Assembly (NCBI RefSeq): GCF_900199515.1
Contig: NZ_LT963434.1
Location: 1,532,180-1,564,179, forward strand
DNA length: 32,000 nt
Reading direction: 5' to 3'
Origin: Massilicoli timonensis
GTDB lineage: Bacteria; Bacillota_I; Bacilli_A; Erysipelotrichales; Erysipelotrichaceae
Under the pieces are notes generated by a model. It saw only the letters and a program-made list of their open reading frames with translations. It was not told the DNA's origin and searched no databases. Made by a program: the position numbers and the translations under genes. Each line of letters starts with the position of its first letter. The first letter of the stretch is position 1. Shown piece after piece: positions 1 to 7,373 of the stretch.

Positions 1-129
1 TAACTGAATACCGTATTTTTTGCGCTCGAATAGCTTTCTGCTGTCCGGGCGTTTTTTCATACCTGTGGGGCCGGAACATCGGGCCAACATGGCCCGAACC
101 TTGCCCCCGGTGCCGTTCCCCGCCGCCCC

Positions 130-158
130 GTTCAGATTTTCCCGCAAAAAATCTGAAC
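130..158 (+). promoter_or_regulatory. 11-bp-stem inverted repeat abutting the SD of the first sigma-like gene
   Basis: GTTCAGATTTT (130-140) / AAAATCTGAAC (148-158), followed directly by GGAGGAAAGG and ATG 172. Confidence 0.3.
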
Positions 159-171
159 GGAGGAAAGGCAG

Positions 172-585
172 ATGGAAGTCACCATCCATTACAACGGACA
201 AGCTGTGGCCGTAGAGGTCACGCTGGAAGTCTATGAATTTCTTGACCGGGCTGACCACAAAGCCGAGAACCTGTCCCATGAGCAGCGGCGGCATTGGGAT
301 GGCCGGGAGTTTGACGAATACATAGTTGCCACCGAGGGCGTGGGTATCTACGGCGAAACGCCGGAGGAATACCTTTGCCGCATGGAAACACTGGGCGAGC
401 TGATGGCCGTCCTGGACACCTGCACCGAGGCCCAGCGCCGCCGGTTCCTGCTCTATGCCCTGGACGGGCTGACCCTTGCGGAGATCGGGACGGTGTGCGG
501 CTGCTCCAAAGTATCCGTCCATGAGAGCATTGACGCGGTTCGGAAAAAATTTTTGAAATTCTTTGCGAACTACCCTAACGAATGA
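172..585 (+). CDS. sigma-70 region-4-like HTH protein (distant member of the ICE sigma-like family)
   Basis: 137 aa. C-terminal segment TEAQRRRFLLYALDGLTLAEIGTVCGCSKVSVHESIDAVRKKF looks like a sigma region 4 / LuxR-type HTH. SD GGAGGAAAGG lies upstream. Confidence 0.6.
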   Translation: MEVTIHYNGQAVAVEVTLEVYEFLDRADHKAENLSHEQRRHWDGREFDEYIVATEGVGIYGETPEEYLCRMETLGELMAVLDTCTEAQRRRFLLYALDGLTLAEIGTVCGCSKVSVHESIDAVRKKFLKFFANYPNE

Positions 586-688
586 CCCCTTTTCGGGCTA
601 CCAAGTGAAAGGGATTGTTTCCCTTATCCCAGCGGGAGGCGGACAGCGGACAAGCTGCCCGCCTCTCCCATTTTCAGGAGGTAAGCCT

Positions 689-1141
689 ATGAAAACAATC
701 AATCTGCGGTGGATTTATCCCCACTACCGGCATGACGAGTTTGTGGAGGTCAGCGATGAAGTTTGGGAGGTCATGCGGCAGGCCCAGCGCGAAATGAACA
801 ACTATGAGCGCCGGAAGGTCTACCACCGCGCCTACTACTCTCTGGACGCATATAGCTGGACGGAGAACTACGCGCTGGAACACAGCAGATCGCCGGAGGA
901 AATCCTTTTGGAGCGTGAGGAACGGGCCGTCCGCCTGCGGCTGATTGCCGCCTTGCCGGAGGCCCTGTCTCATGCCACCCCAACACAGGCCCGCCGCGTC
1001 CGGGCCTACTACATCGCCGGTATCAACCAGCCCAAAATTGCCCGGATGGAGGGCGTACACAGCAGCAAGGTCAGCGTTGCCATCCGGCGGGGCCTGCGGA
1101 ATATGCACCGCTGCTATGACGGCCTTTTCCCGTCAGAGTGA
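689..1141 (+). CDS. sigma-region-4-like HTH protein, paralog A
   Basis: Starts MKTINLRWIYP after SD CAGGAGG. C-terminal HTH ATPTQARRVRAYYIAGINQPKIARMEGVHSSKVSVAIRRGLRNM. Paralogous to the next two ORFs and to 23791-24201. Confidence 0.65.
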   Translation: MKTINLRWIYPHYRHDEFVEVSDEVWEVMRQAQREMNNYERRKVYHRAYYSLDAYSWTENYALEHSRSPEEILLEREERAVRLRLIAALPEALSHATPTQARRVRAYYIAGINQPKIARMEGVHSSKVSVAIRRGLRNMHRCYDGLFPSE

Positions 1142-1151
1142 GGGTGGGCCT

Positions 1152-1613
1152 ATGCAGACGATCAATCTCAAACAGTATTACCCGTTCTGCACCGAGGACA
1201 CCTTTGTGGAGGTGTCGGATGAAATTGTCGAGGCGTTCCTGCTGGACAAGCGGGCCGAGGCCGCCAGGGAGCGCAAGATGTACCGCTACAAGGCGTTTTA
1301 CTCCCTTGACTGCAATGATGGGATTGAGAACGCCGCCATTGGCGGGGCGCAGCCATCGCCGGAGGATTTCCTGATGGAAAAGGAGGCGCAGGCCGAATAT
1401 GCCGAACTGCTCCGGCGGCTCTATGAGGCCCTTTCCTCTTTGCCCCCAACGCAGGCCCGCCGTGTCCATGCCCGGTATATGCTGGGGATGAAAGTGAAGG
1501 ACATTGCCGCGATGGAAGGTATCACCCCATCCCAGGCAGGAAAGTCCATCCATGCGGCGCTCCGGCGGCTGCGCCGGTACTTCATACGCCGGAAATGGAC
1601 AAGCGGCCTATGA
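1152..1613 (+). CDS. sigma-region-4-like HTH protein, paralog B
   Basis: Starts MQTINLKQYYPF. Shares FVEVSDE, YSLD and SPEDFLMEKE with its paralogs. HTH PPTQARRVHARYMLGMKVKDIAAMEGITPSQAGKSIHAALRRLRRY. Confidence 0.65.
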   Translation: MQTINLKQYYPFCTEDTFVEVSDEIVEAFLLDKRAEAARERKMYRYKAFYSLDCNDGIENAAIGGAQPSPEDFLMEKEAQAEYAELLRRLYEALSSLPPTQARRVHARYMLGMKVKDIAAMEGITPSQAGKSIHAALRRLRRYFIRRKWTSGL

Positions 1614-2149
1614 AAACAATCAACCTGAAAAAATACTACTACCCGATTTGTAAGAAAGACACCTTTGTGGAAGTGCCGGACGAGGTGGCAGACGCCATTG
1701 TAGAGGAAAGCCGCGCAGAGGACGCCAATGACGCCAAGCAGCACTATCACTGTTACTCTCTGGACGCATCCCCCGGCATGGAAAACCATTTCCCGGAGCA
1801 GGCCGTTTCCCCGGAGGATATTCTGATGGAGAAGGAAACGGAACGGGAACAGGAGGCCGCCCGCGCCCTGATGATGGAACGGCTCCAGGAGGCCCTTGCC
1901 ACCCTGACACCCCGGCAGGCGAGTTGCCTATACGCCCGGTTTTGGGAGGGAAAGCCCTTCAAGGAGATTGCCGAGGCCGAGGGCTTTACCACATCGGCGG
2001 CCATTGTCACGGTTCGCAACGCCATTATCAAGTTGCAGAAATATTATATCAGGCGCGGCTGGATGAAGCCGCCAAAGGAGAAAGCGATATGCACAAAGAC
2101 AGCACCGCCCAAGCGAAGCCGAAAAAAGACGAGCGCGAAGAAGTCCTGA
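1610..2149 (+). CDS. sigma-region-4-like HTH protein, paralog C
   Basis: Starts MKTINLKKYYYP and overlaps the stop of paralog B by 4 nt. HTH TPRQASCLYARFWEGKPFKEIAEAEGFTTSAAIVTVRNAIIKLQKYY. The basic C-terminal tail overlaps the next gene. Confidence 0.6.
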   Translation: MKTINLKKYYYPICKKDTFVEVPDEVADAIVEESRAEDANDAKQHYHCYSLDASPGMENHFPEQAVSPEDILMEKETEREQEAARALMMERLQEALATLTPRQASCLYARFWEGKPFKEIAEAEGFTTSAAIVTVRNAIIKLQKYYIRRGWMKPPKEKAICTKTAPPKRSRKKTSAKKS

Positions 2150-2385
2150 AGGAAATCCGGCAGCTTGAGAACCGCCAGAAGATTTTAGAGAACAAGCAAC
2201 GTAACGAGGAACGCAAGGCCCGCACCCGCCGCCTGATTGAGCGCGGGGCCATTTTGGAGGGCGTGTTCCCTCTGGCCCCCGGCCTTCCCGGCGTAGAGGT
2301 CAAGGCGTTCCTGATTGCCCTGTCCCATCTTCCGGGGGCGGCGGAACTGGCCGAAAAACTGCCGAAATCCGGGGACAAGCCGTAA
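2089..2385 (+). CDS. DUF3847-like coiled-coil protein (typical partner of MobA/MobL relaxases in clostridial elements)
   Basis: ATG 2089 after SD AAAGGAG. Segment ERKARTRRLIERGAILEGVFP matches my memory of DUF3847 proteins. Lies directly upstream of the relaxase. Confidence 0.6.
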   Translation: MHKDSTAQAKPKKDEREEVLKEIRQLENRQKILENKQRNEERKARTRRLIERGAILEGVFPLAPGLPGVEVKAFLIALSHLPGAAELAEKLPKSGDKP

Positions 2386-2387
2386 GT

Positions 2388-2466
2388 CCCTTGTTTACAA
2401 GGGCGCACTTATACACCGTTGCCGGTGTCGTGCGCCCTGCTGGGGGCTGTTGCGCTCTTCGAGCGC
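2388..2466 (+). promoter_or_regulatory. candidate oriT region for the MobA/MobL relaxase (cluster of inverted repeats)
   Basis: CCCTTGT-TT-ACAAGGG (2388-2403). Nested hairpin GGGCGCAC..ACACCG-ttgc-CGGTGT..GTGCGCCC (2401-2437). GCGCTC-ttc-GAGCGC (2452-2466). Located in the non-coding gap just 5' of the relaxase. Confidence 0.35.
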
Positions 2467-2581
2467 GATGGGGAGCTACACTCCCCAAACCCCTTGTGCG
2501 CCCCGCGCAGCCAAACACCCGCTTTGCGTCTGTCCGGCTCCACGGAGCCTGAATACCCCTCACCGAAAGGAGGTGTCACCC

Positions 2582-4018
2582 ATAGATTTTTGTCATATTC
2601 CCGTCAGTATCATCAAGCGCAGCGAGGGCCGTTCCGCTGTTGCCGCAGCCGCCTACCGAAGCGGAACCAAACTGACGAATGAATGGGACGGCCTGACCCA
2701 TGATTACACCCGGAAAGGCGGCGTTGTCCATGCGGAAATCATGCTGCCCGCCCACGCCCCGCCGGAGTTTGCAGACCGCTCCACCCTCTGGAACAGTGTG
2801 GAGCAGATCGAGAAAGCCAGGGACAGCCAGCTTGCCCGCGAGATTGAGGCAGCCCTGCCCCGCGAACTGTCCAGGGAACAGCAGCTTGCCCTTGTCCGGG
2901 CCTATGTGAAGGACAATTTTGTGGACAAGGGGATGTGCGCTGACTTTGCCATCCACGATAAGGGAACCGGCAACCCCCATGTTCATATCATGCTGACCGT
3001 CCGGCCCTTAAAAGAAAACGGCGCATGGGGCGCGAAGTGCCGCAAGGCATACGACCTGGACGAAAACGGCCAGCGCATCCCGGACGTGAAAGGCGGCTGG
3101 AAGAACCACCGGGAGGACACCACCGACTGGAACGACAAAAGAAATGTGGAAATTTGGCGGGCGGCATGGGCGGCCTATACCAACCGGGCATTGGAGGCTG
3201 CCGGTCATCCCGCCCTGGTAGACCACCGCAGCTACAAGCGCCGGGGCATTGATAAAATCCCCTCTGTCCACCTGGGGCCAGCGGCCAGCCAGATGGAGAA
3301 GCGCGGCATCCGCACCGACAAGGGGGAAGTCAACCGGCAGATCGCCGCCGACAATAAGCTGCTGGGGGAAATCAAGGCCCGCATTACCCGGCTTTACAAC
3401 TGGTCTAAGGCCGAGGCCGAGAAGCCGGAGGGCCAGCAGCCCAGCATGATTGACTTGTGGGAGGCCCAGCAGCAGCTCAAGCGGCCTGACACCCGCACCG
3501 GCAAGATACGGGCTTTGCAGGAGAGCGCCGCCCTGTTCAATTTCCTGAATGCCAACGGCATCCAATCCATGCAGCAGCTCCATGAAAAAATTGCCGACAT
3601 GAATACCCGCTACTATGACCTGCGGCGAGAGATCGTTAAGGCCGAGCGCCGGATCGCTGTCCTCACGGAGCGGGGGGAGATGTGGGCGCAGTACAACGAG
3701 TACAAGACCGTCCATAAGCAGTTTGCCAAGGTGAAGCCGGAGAAACGGGAACTGTTCGAGCAGCGCCACAGCCGGGAACTGATCCTCTATGACGCGGCGG
3801 CCCGGTATCTGAAAGAACTGAAAGCCAGCGGCGAAGAAATCAACCCGAAGGAATGGCGGCGTGAGATCGACCTGCTGACCGCCCAGAAACAGGTAGACAG
3901 CATCGACATGAAGGCCATGCGGGAGGAACTGAAAGCCGTGGAACGGCTCCGCAAGGCTGCCGACCAACTGGCCCGGCAGGAACGGGACAAGCCCCGTGAC
4001 CGGGGGCCGGAGCGGTAA
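2582..4018 (+). CDS. MobA/MobL-family relaxase. The start is uncertain: ATA 2582 sits at the homolog-expected position and GTG 2573 is the alternative.
   Basis: IDFCHIPVSIIKRSEGRSAVAAAAYRSG is collinear with the MAIYHLSxKIISRGKGKSAVAAAAYRSG-type N-terminus. Has the HDKGTGNPHVHIML histidine motif and a long coiled-coil C-terminus. Confidence 0.85.
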   Translation: MDFCHIPVSIIKRSEGRSAVAAAAYRSGTKLTNEWDGLTHDYTRKGGVVHAEIMLPAHAPPEFADRSTLWNSVEQIEKARDSQLAREIEAALPRELSREQQLALVRAYVKDNFVDKGMCADFAIHDKGTGNPHVHIMLTVRPLKENGAWGAKCRKAYDLDENGQRIPDVKGGWKNHREDTTDWNDKRNVEIWRAAWAAYTNRALEAAGHPALVDHRSYKRRGIDKIPSVHLGPAASQMEKRGIRTDKGEVNRQIAADNKLLGEIKARITRLYNWSKAEAEKPEGQQPSMIDLWEAQQQLKRPDTRTGKIRALQESAALFNFLNANGIQSMQQLHEKIADMNTRYYDLRREIVKAERRIAVLTERGEMWAQYNEYKTVHKQFAKVKPEKRELFEQRHSRELILYDAAARYLKELKASGEEINPKEWRREIDLLTAQKQVDSIDMKAMREELKAVERLRKAADQLARQERDKPRDRGPER

Positions 4019-4082
4019 GGGGTACGGCGTTTTGCCGACCCCTTGCGGTGCATCGCGTTTCACGACACACCTTTACACACAG

Positions 4083-4115
4083 AAAAACCGCCGCACAGGT
4101 TTCCCCATACGGCGG
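4083..4115 (-). terminator. intrinsic terminator of the minus-strand TA operon
   Basis: On the minus strand: CCGCCG..CGGCGG hairpin followed by TTTTT (plus-strand A run 4083-4087), just after the yafQ-like stop. Confidence 0.5.
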
Positions 4116-4123
4116 CAGACGGT

Positions 4124-4414
4124 TTATTTGCCGAACAAGTCGCTGTGCGACCCGGTGCGGGCCAGCGTCAGAACCAGCACGTTATCCTCGATGCGGTAAA
4201 TGAGCAGCCAGTCCGGGAGGATGTGACATTCCCGATGGCCCACCCAATCGCCGGACAGATCGTGATCTCGGTTTTTATCCGGCAGCGGTTCGCCCATCGC
4301 CAGCAGCGCCACGACCTGTTCCAGCAATTCGATTTTCAGGCCGCGCTTGATGGCCCGCTTGTAGTCCTTTTTGAAAGCGGTCGTGTACTTGACGGTGTAT
4401 TTTGTTTTCCTCAT
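4124..4414 (-). CDS. yafQ: type II toxin, YafQ/RelE-family mRNA interferase
   Basis: 96 aa. Contains KYTTAFKKDYKRAIKRG...LSGDWVGHRECHILPDWLLIYRIEDNVLVLTLARTGSHSDLF, typical of YafQ-type toxins. 4-nt overlap with the upstream antitoxin. Confidence 0.85.
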   Translation of the reverse strand: MRKTKYTVKYTTAFKKDYKRAIKRGLKIELLEQVVALLAMGEPLPDKNRDHDLSGDWVGHRECHILPDWLLIYRIEDNVLVLTLARTGSHSDLFGK

Positions 4415-4689
4415 TTTTTCAGGTCGGCAAACAACTCGTCAAGGTCATTGTAGCCCTTTACAGACGGGTCTTTTGCAATCCTTTCCGCTTCCAGCATGGC
4501 AGCAATCGTTTCCTTGTTGGGCTGTTCCAGCTTCACTTCAAAGGGAATGCCGCCCTCACGAAGCGACTGGCGCACAAAGATGTTGAACGCCGTGGATAAA
4601 TTCATGCCGAGTTCCGCAAACAGGGCGTCGGCCTGTGCCTTCAAATCCGCGTCCATGCGGATGCTGATGTTTGTGGTATTTCCAGCCAT
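4411..4689 (-). CDS. dinJ: type II antitoxin, RelB/DinJ family
   Basis: 92 aa. NISIRMDADLKAQADALFAELGMNLSTAFNIFVRQSLREGGIPFEV is a DinJ-like ribbon-helix-helix N-terminus. Confidence 0.85.
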   Translation of the reverse strand: MAGNTTNISIRMDADLKAQADALFAELGMNLSTAFNIFVRQSLREGGIPFEVKLEQPNKETIAAMLEAERIAKDPSVKGYNDLDELFADLKK

Positions 4690-4795
4690 ATCATCAACCC
4701 CTTTCTGCTGGTACTTTTAGTATATGCCATTTGCACGAAGAAAACAATACTTTGCACGAATATTTAACAGTAAATTCATGGAAGGAGGTCACTGT

Positions 4796-4972
4796 ATGAA
4801 GCAGATTATTTTACCCGTCACCGTCCACCTGAATATCCGCCTGCCCCTTGCCCTCTTGCAGCCGGAACCGGCAGACGCGCCCACCGGCCCGGAGCCGGAG
4901 GCCCATGCCTGCCAGGGCTGCGGCAACTGCGGCGGGTGCGGGAAGTGCCAGCATGAAGAAAAGCAAGCCTGA
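4796..4972 (+). CDS. small Pro-rich / CxxC-rich protein (58 aa), first gene of VLP cassette 1
   Basis: ATG 4796 after SD GGAAGGAGG. Ends ...CQGCGNCGGCGKCQHEEKQA. Overlaps the VLP gene start. Confidence 0.45.
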   Translation: MKQIILPVTVHLNIRLPLALLQPEPADAPTGPEPEAHACQGCGNCGGCGKCQHEEKQA

Positions 4973-5351
4973 ACCCATCCCCGTCATGGACTACCGCCAG
5001 TACCGCAGAGCGCGGCGGCTGGTACATGAGTGCTGCAACTATGACGGCGGCAACTGTATTGCGCTGGACGATGGGGAGGAATGTGTCTGCGTTCAGTCCA
5101 TTTCCTACTCCCTGTTGTGCCGGTGGTTCCGGGCGGCAGTGCTGCCGCTGGACAGAGAACTGGAAACGGCGCTGTTCCACCGCCTGGACGCCAAGCGGTG
5201 CGCCGTCTGTGGGGCGCTGTTTACGCCCGGCTCCAACCGGGCCAAATACTGCCCGGAATGTGCTGTTCAGGTACGCCGCCGCAAAGAGGCAGAACGACAG
5301 CGGAAAAGATACTACCTTTCTACGCATTTAGGGGCTGAAAAACCCTTGTAA
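4953..5351 (+). CDS. cysteine-rich VLP-family protein, copy 1
   Basis: HECCNYDGGNCIALDDGEECVC...FRAAVLPLD...CAVCG...YCPECA with a basic tail. Paralog of 17533-17886. Confidence 0.7.
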   Translation: MKKSKPEPIPVMDYRQYRRARRLVHECCNYDGGNCIALDDGEECVCVQSISYSLLCRWFRAAVLPLDRELETALFHRLDAKRCAVCGALFTPGSNRAKYCPECAVQVRRRKEAERQRKRYYLSTHLGAEKPL

Positions 5352-5464
5352 ATCAAGGCTTTTTTCGAGGGTGTCGGCGGGGGCCTGATAGATTTATCCT
5401 CTGGTCCCCAAAACGGCCCTCTAAAGGCGTACAGACCCCTGAAACAAACCCCAAGGAGGAACCC

Positions 5465-6199
5465 ATGTCAGACAATCGAAAATATTACTACCTGAAACTC
5501 AAAGAGAACTATTTTGACGATGACTCCATCGTGCTGCTGGAAAGTATGCAGGACGGTGTGCTGTACTCCAACATTCTGCTCAAGTTGTATCTAAAATCCC
5601 TGAAACACGGCGGGCGGCTCCAGCTTGACGAGAATATCCCCTACACGGCGCAGATGATTGCCACCATCACCCGCCAGCAGATCGGCACTGTGGAGAGGGC
5701 CTTGCAAATCTTCCTGAAGCTGGGCCTTGTGGAAGTGCTGGACAGCGGCACTTTTTACATGAGCAATATCGAACTGCTGATCGGCCAGTCCTCCACCGAG
5801 GCCGAGCGAAAGCGGGCAGCGAGGCTTCAAAACAAGGCTCTTTCCGCGCCTCGGACAAACGGCGGACATTTGTCCGACATTCGTCCACCAGAGATAGAGA
5901 TAGAGTTAGAGAAAGAGATAGAGATAAAGAGAGAGATAGAGAAGGGACGCCCCGCCCGCGCCTATGGCCGTTACCAGAATGTTTTCCTGACGGACGAGGA
6001 ACTGGCGGACTTGCAGGCCAGTTTTCCCACCGTATGGGGCCAGTACATCGAAAAGCTGTCCGAGTATATGGCTTCTACCGGCAAGCGGTATCAAAGCCAT
6101 GCCGCCACCATCCGGCGCTGGGCCGGTGAGGACGCGAAAAAGGCGGCCCCGCCCACCCGCAACCGGGATTACAGCGTAAAGGAGGATGAAACCGTATGA
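5465..6199 (+). CDS. phage-type replisome organizer (DnaD-like N-terminal domain)
   Basis: N-terminus YYYLKLKENYFDDDSIVLLESMQDGVLYSNILLKLYLKSLKHGGRL is typical of the replisome-organizer N-terminal domain. SD AAGGAGG upstream. Confidence 0.75.
   Translation: MSDNRKYYYLKLKENYFDDDSIVLLESMQDGVLYSNILLKLYLKSLKHGGRLQLDENIPYTAQMIATITRQQIGTVERALQIFLKLGLVEVLDSGTFYMSNIELLIGQSSTEAERKRAARLQNKALSAPRTNGGHLSDIRPPEIEIELEKEIEIKREIEKGRPARAYGRYQNVFLTDEELADLQASFPTVWGQYIEKLSEYMASTGKRYQSHAATIRRWAGEDAKKAAPPTRNRDYSVKEDETV
5891..5944. repeat. GAGATA/GAGA-rich tandem tract inside the replisome organizer gene (iteron-like)
   Basis: gagatagagatagagttagagaaagagatagagataaagagagagatagagaag, which encodes EIEIELEKEIEIKREIEK. 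Confidence 0.6.
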
Positions 6200-7059
6200 T
6201 GGAGATTACCGCAGAAATCCGGGCGCTGATCGACAAGGCAGCCGCCGGTGTGGAACTGGCCGGGGACGAGTACATAGACCCGGCAGACGGCCTCATTCAC
6301 TGTAAGAGGTGCGGCGGCCAGAGGCAGACCGTTGTGCCATGCTTTGGGAAACCCGGCTACTTCATGCCCCGCTGTATCTGCCAGTGCCAGCGGGAGGCCG
6401 AGGAACAGCGCAAAGCCGCCGAGGAACGGCAGCGCCGCATGGAGCGTATCAAGCGCCGGAAGGCCCAGGGCCTGCAAGACCGCTATCTGTACGACTACAC
6501 CTTTGCCAACGACAACGGCCAAAATCCTCTGATGGACAAGGCCCGCGCCTATGTGGAGAACTGGAAGGAGGCATACCGAAACAACACTGGCCTGCTGCTG
6601 TTTGGGGATGTGGGAACCGGCAAGTCCTTTTTCGCCGGTTGTATCGCCAACGCCCTGCTTGACCGGGATGTGCCGGTGCTGATGACGAACTTTCCCACCA
6701 TCCTGAACCGCCTGACGGGGATGTTCTCCGAGGACAGGGCCGACTTTATCGCCAGCTTTGACGAGTACGACCTGCTCATCATTGACGATTTGGGCGTGGA
6801 GCGCAGTACCGAGTATGCGATGGAGCAGATGTTTTTCGTCATTGACAGCCGCTACCGCAGCCGCAGGCCCATGATAATCACCACCAACCTGAAACTGGCC
6901 GAACTCAAGAACCCGCCCGACCTGGCCCACGCCCGTATCTATGACCGTATCCTGGAACGGTGCGCCCCGATCCTCTTTGCCGGGAAAAACTTCCGAGAGG
7001 AAAACGCCGGGGCCACCAAGCAGGCGGCGAAAGACATTGTGAACCGTAAGAGCGACTGA
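6196..7059 (+). CDS. DnaC/IstB-like AAA+ helicase-loader ATPase
   Basis: Walker A GDVGTGKSFFA and Walker B LLIIDDLGVE. N-terminal Cys cluster. 4-nt overlap with the organizer gene. Confidence 0.85.
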   Translation: MMEITAEIRALIDKAAAGVELAGDEYIDPADGLIHCKRCGGQRQTVVPCFGKPGYFMPRCICQCQREAEEQRKAAEERQRRMERIKRRKAQGLQDRYLYDYTFANDNGQNPLMDKARAYVENWKEAYRNNTGLLLFGDVGTGKSFFAGCIANALLDRDVPVLMTNFPTILNRLTGMFSEDRADFIASFDEYDLLIIDDLGVERSTEYAMEQMFFVIDSRYRSRRPMIITTNLKLAELKNPPDLAHARIYDRILERCAPILFAGKNFREENAGATKQAAKDIVNRKSD

Positions 7060-7103
7060 TTGTTTTGCCGGACGGCGCAGCCCCGCCCGGAGAAAGGAGC
7101 GCC

Positions 7104-7295
7104 ATGAACGAAGAAACCCGTACCATGCAGACCGCAGACACCACTCCGGCCAGAGCGCCGGAGGACGCCCCCGCGCTGGTAAAGAAAATCGGCAAGACCA
7201 CCTACAAGGTGCGCGTCCATTTCAGCGACACCAGCACCGAAACCATGAGCGACAAAATCAAGCGTATGCTTAAAAACGAGATACAGCAGATGTGA
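7104..7295 (+). CDS. TnpW-family small protein
   Basis: IGKTTYKVRVHFSDTSTETMSDKIKRMLKNEI matches the TnpW signature as I remember it. SD GAAAGGAG upstream. Confidence 0.65.
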   Translation: MNEETRTMQTADTTPARAPEDAPALVKKIGKTTYKVRVHFSDTSTETMSDKIKRMLKNEIQQM

Positions 7296-7373
7296 CCGGC
7301 TGATAAAGCCAGCCGCCTTGTGTTAAACTGATGATGGTACACACCAAAACTTTTAGCCAAGGAGGACATGAAA

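Noticed and set aside
3008-4063. Long antisense ORF (351 aa) opposite the MobA/MobL relaxase. The same applies to 12609-14192, 15340-16239, 7812-8786, 6169-6930, 19821-20567, 9906-10559 and 23755-24825.
   Set aside because: These are typical GC-driven open frames on the strand opposite well-supported genes. They have an Arg/Gly/Pro/Ala-rich composition, no SD and no recognisable motifs.
7104-7295. TnpW as evidence for a transposase or IS element
   Set aside because: TnpW is a small accessory protein of unknown function. No transposase ORF or terminal inverted repeats flank it.
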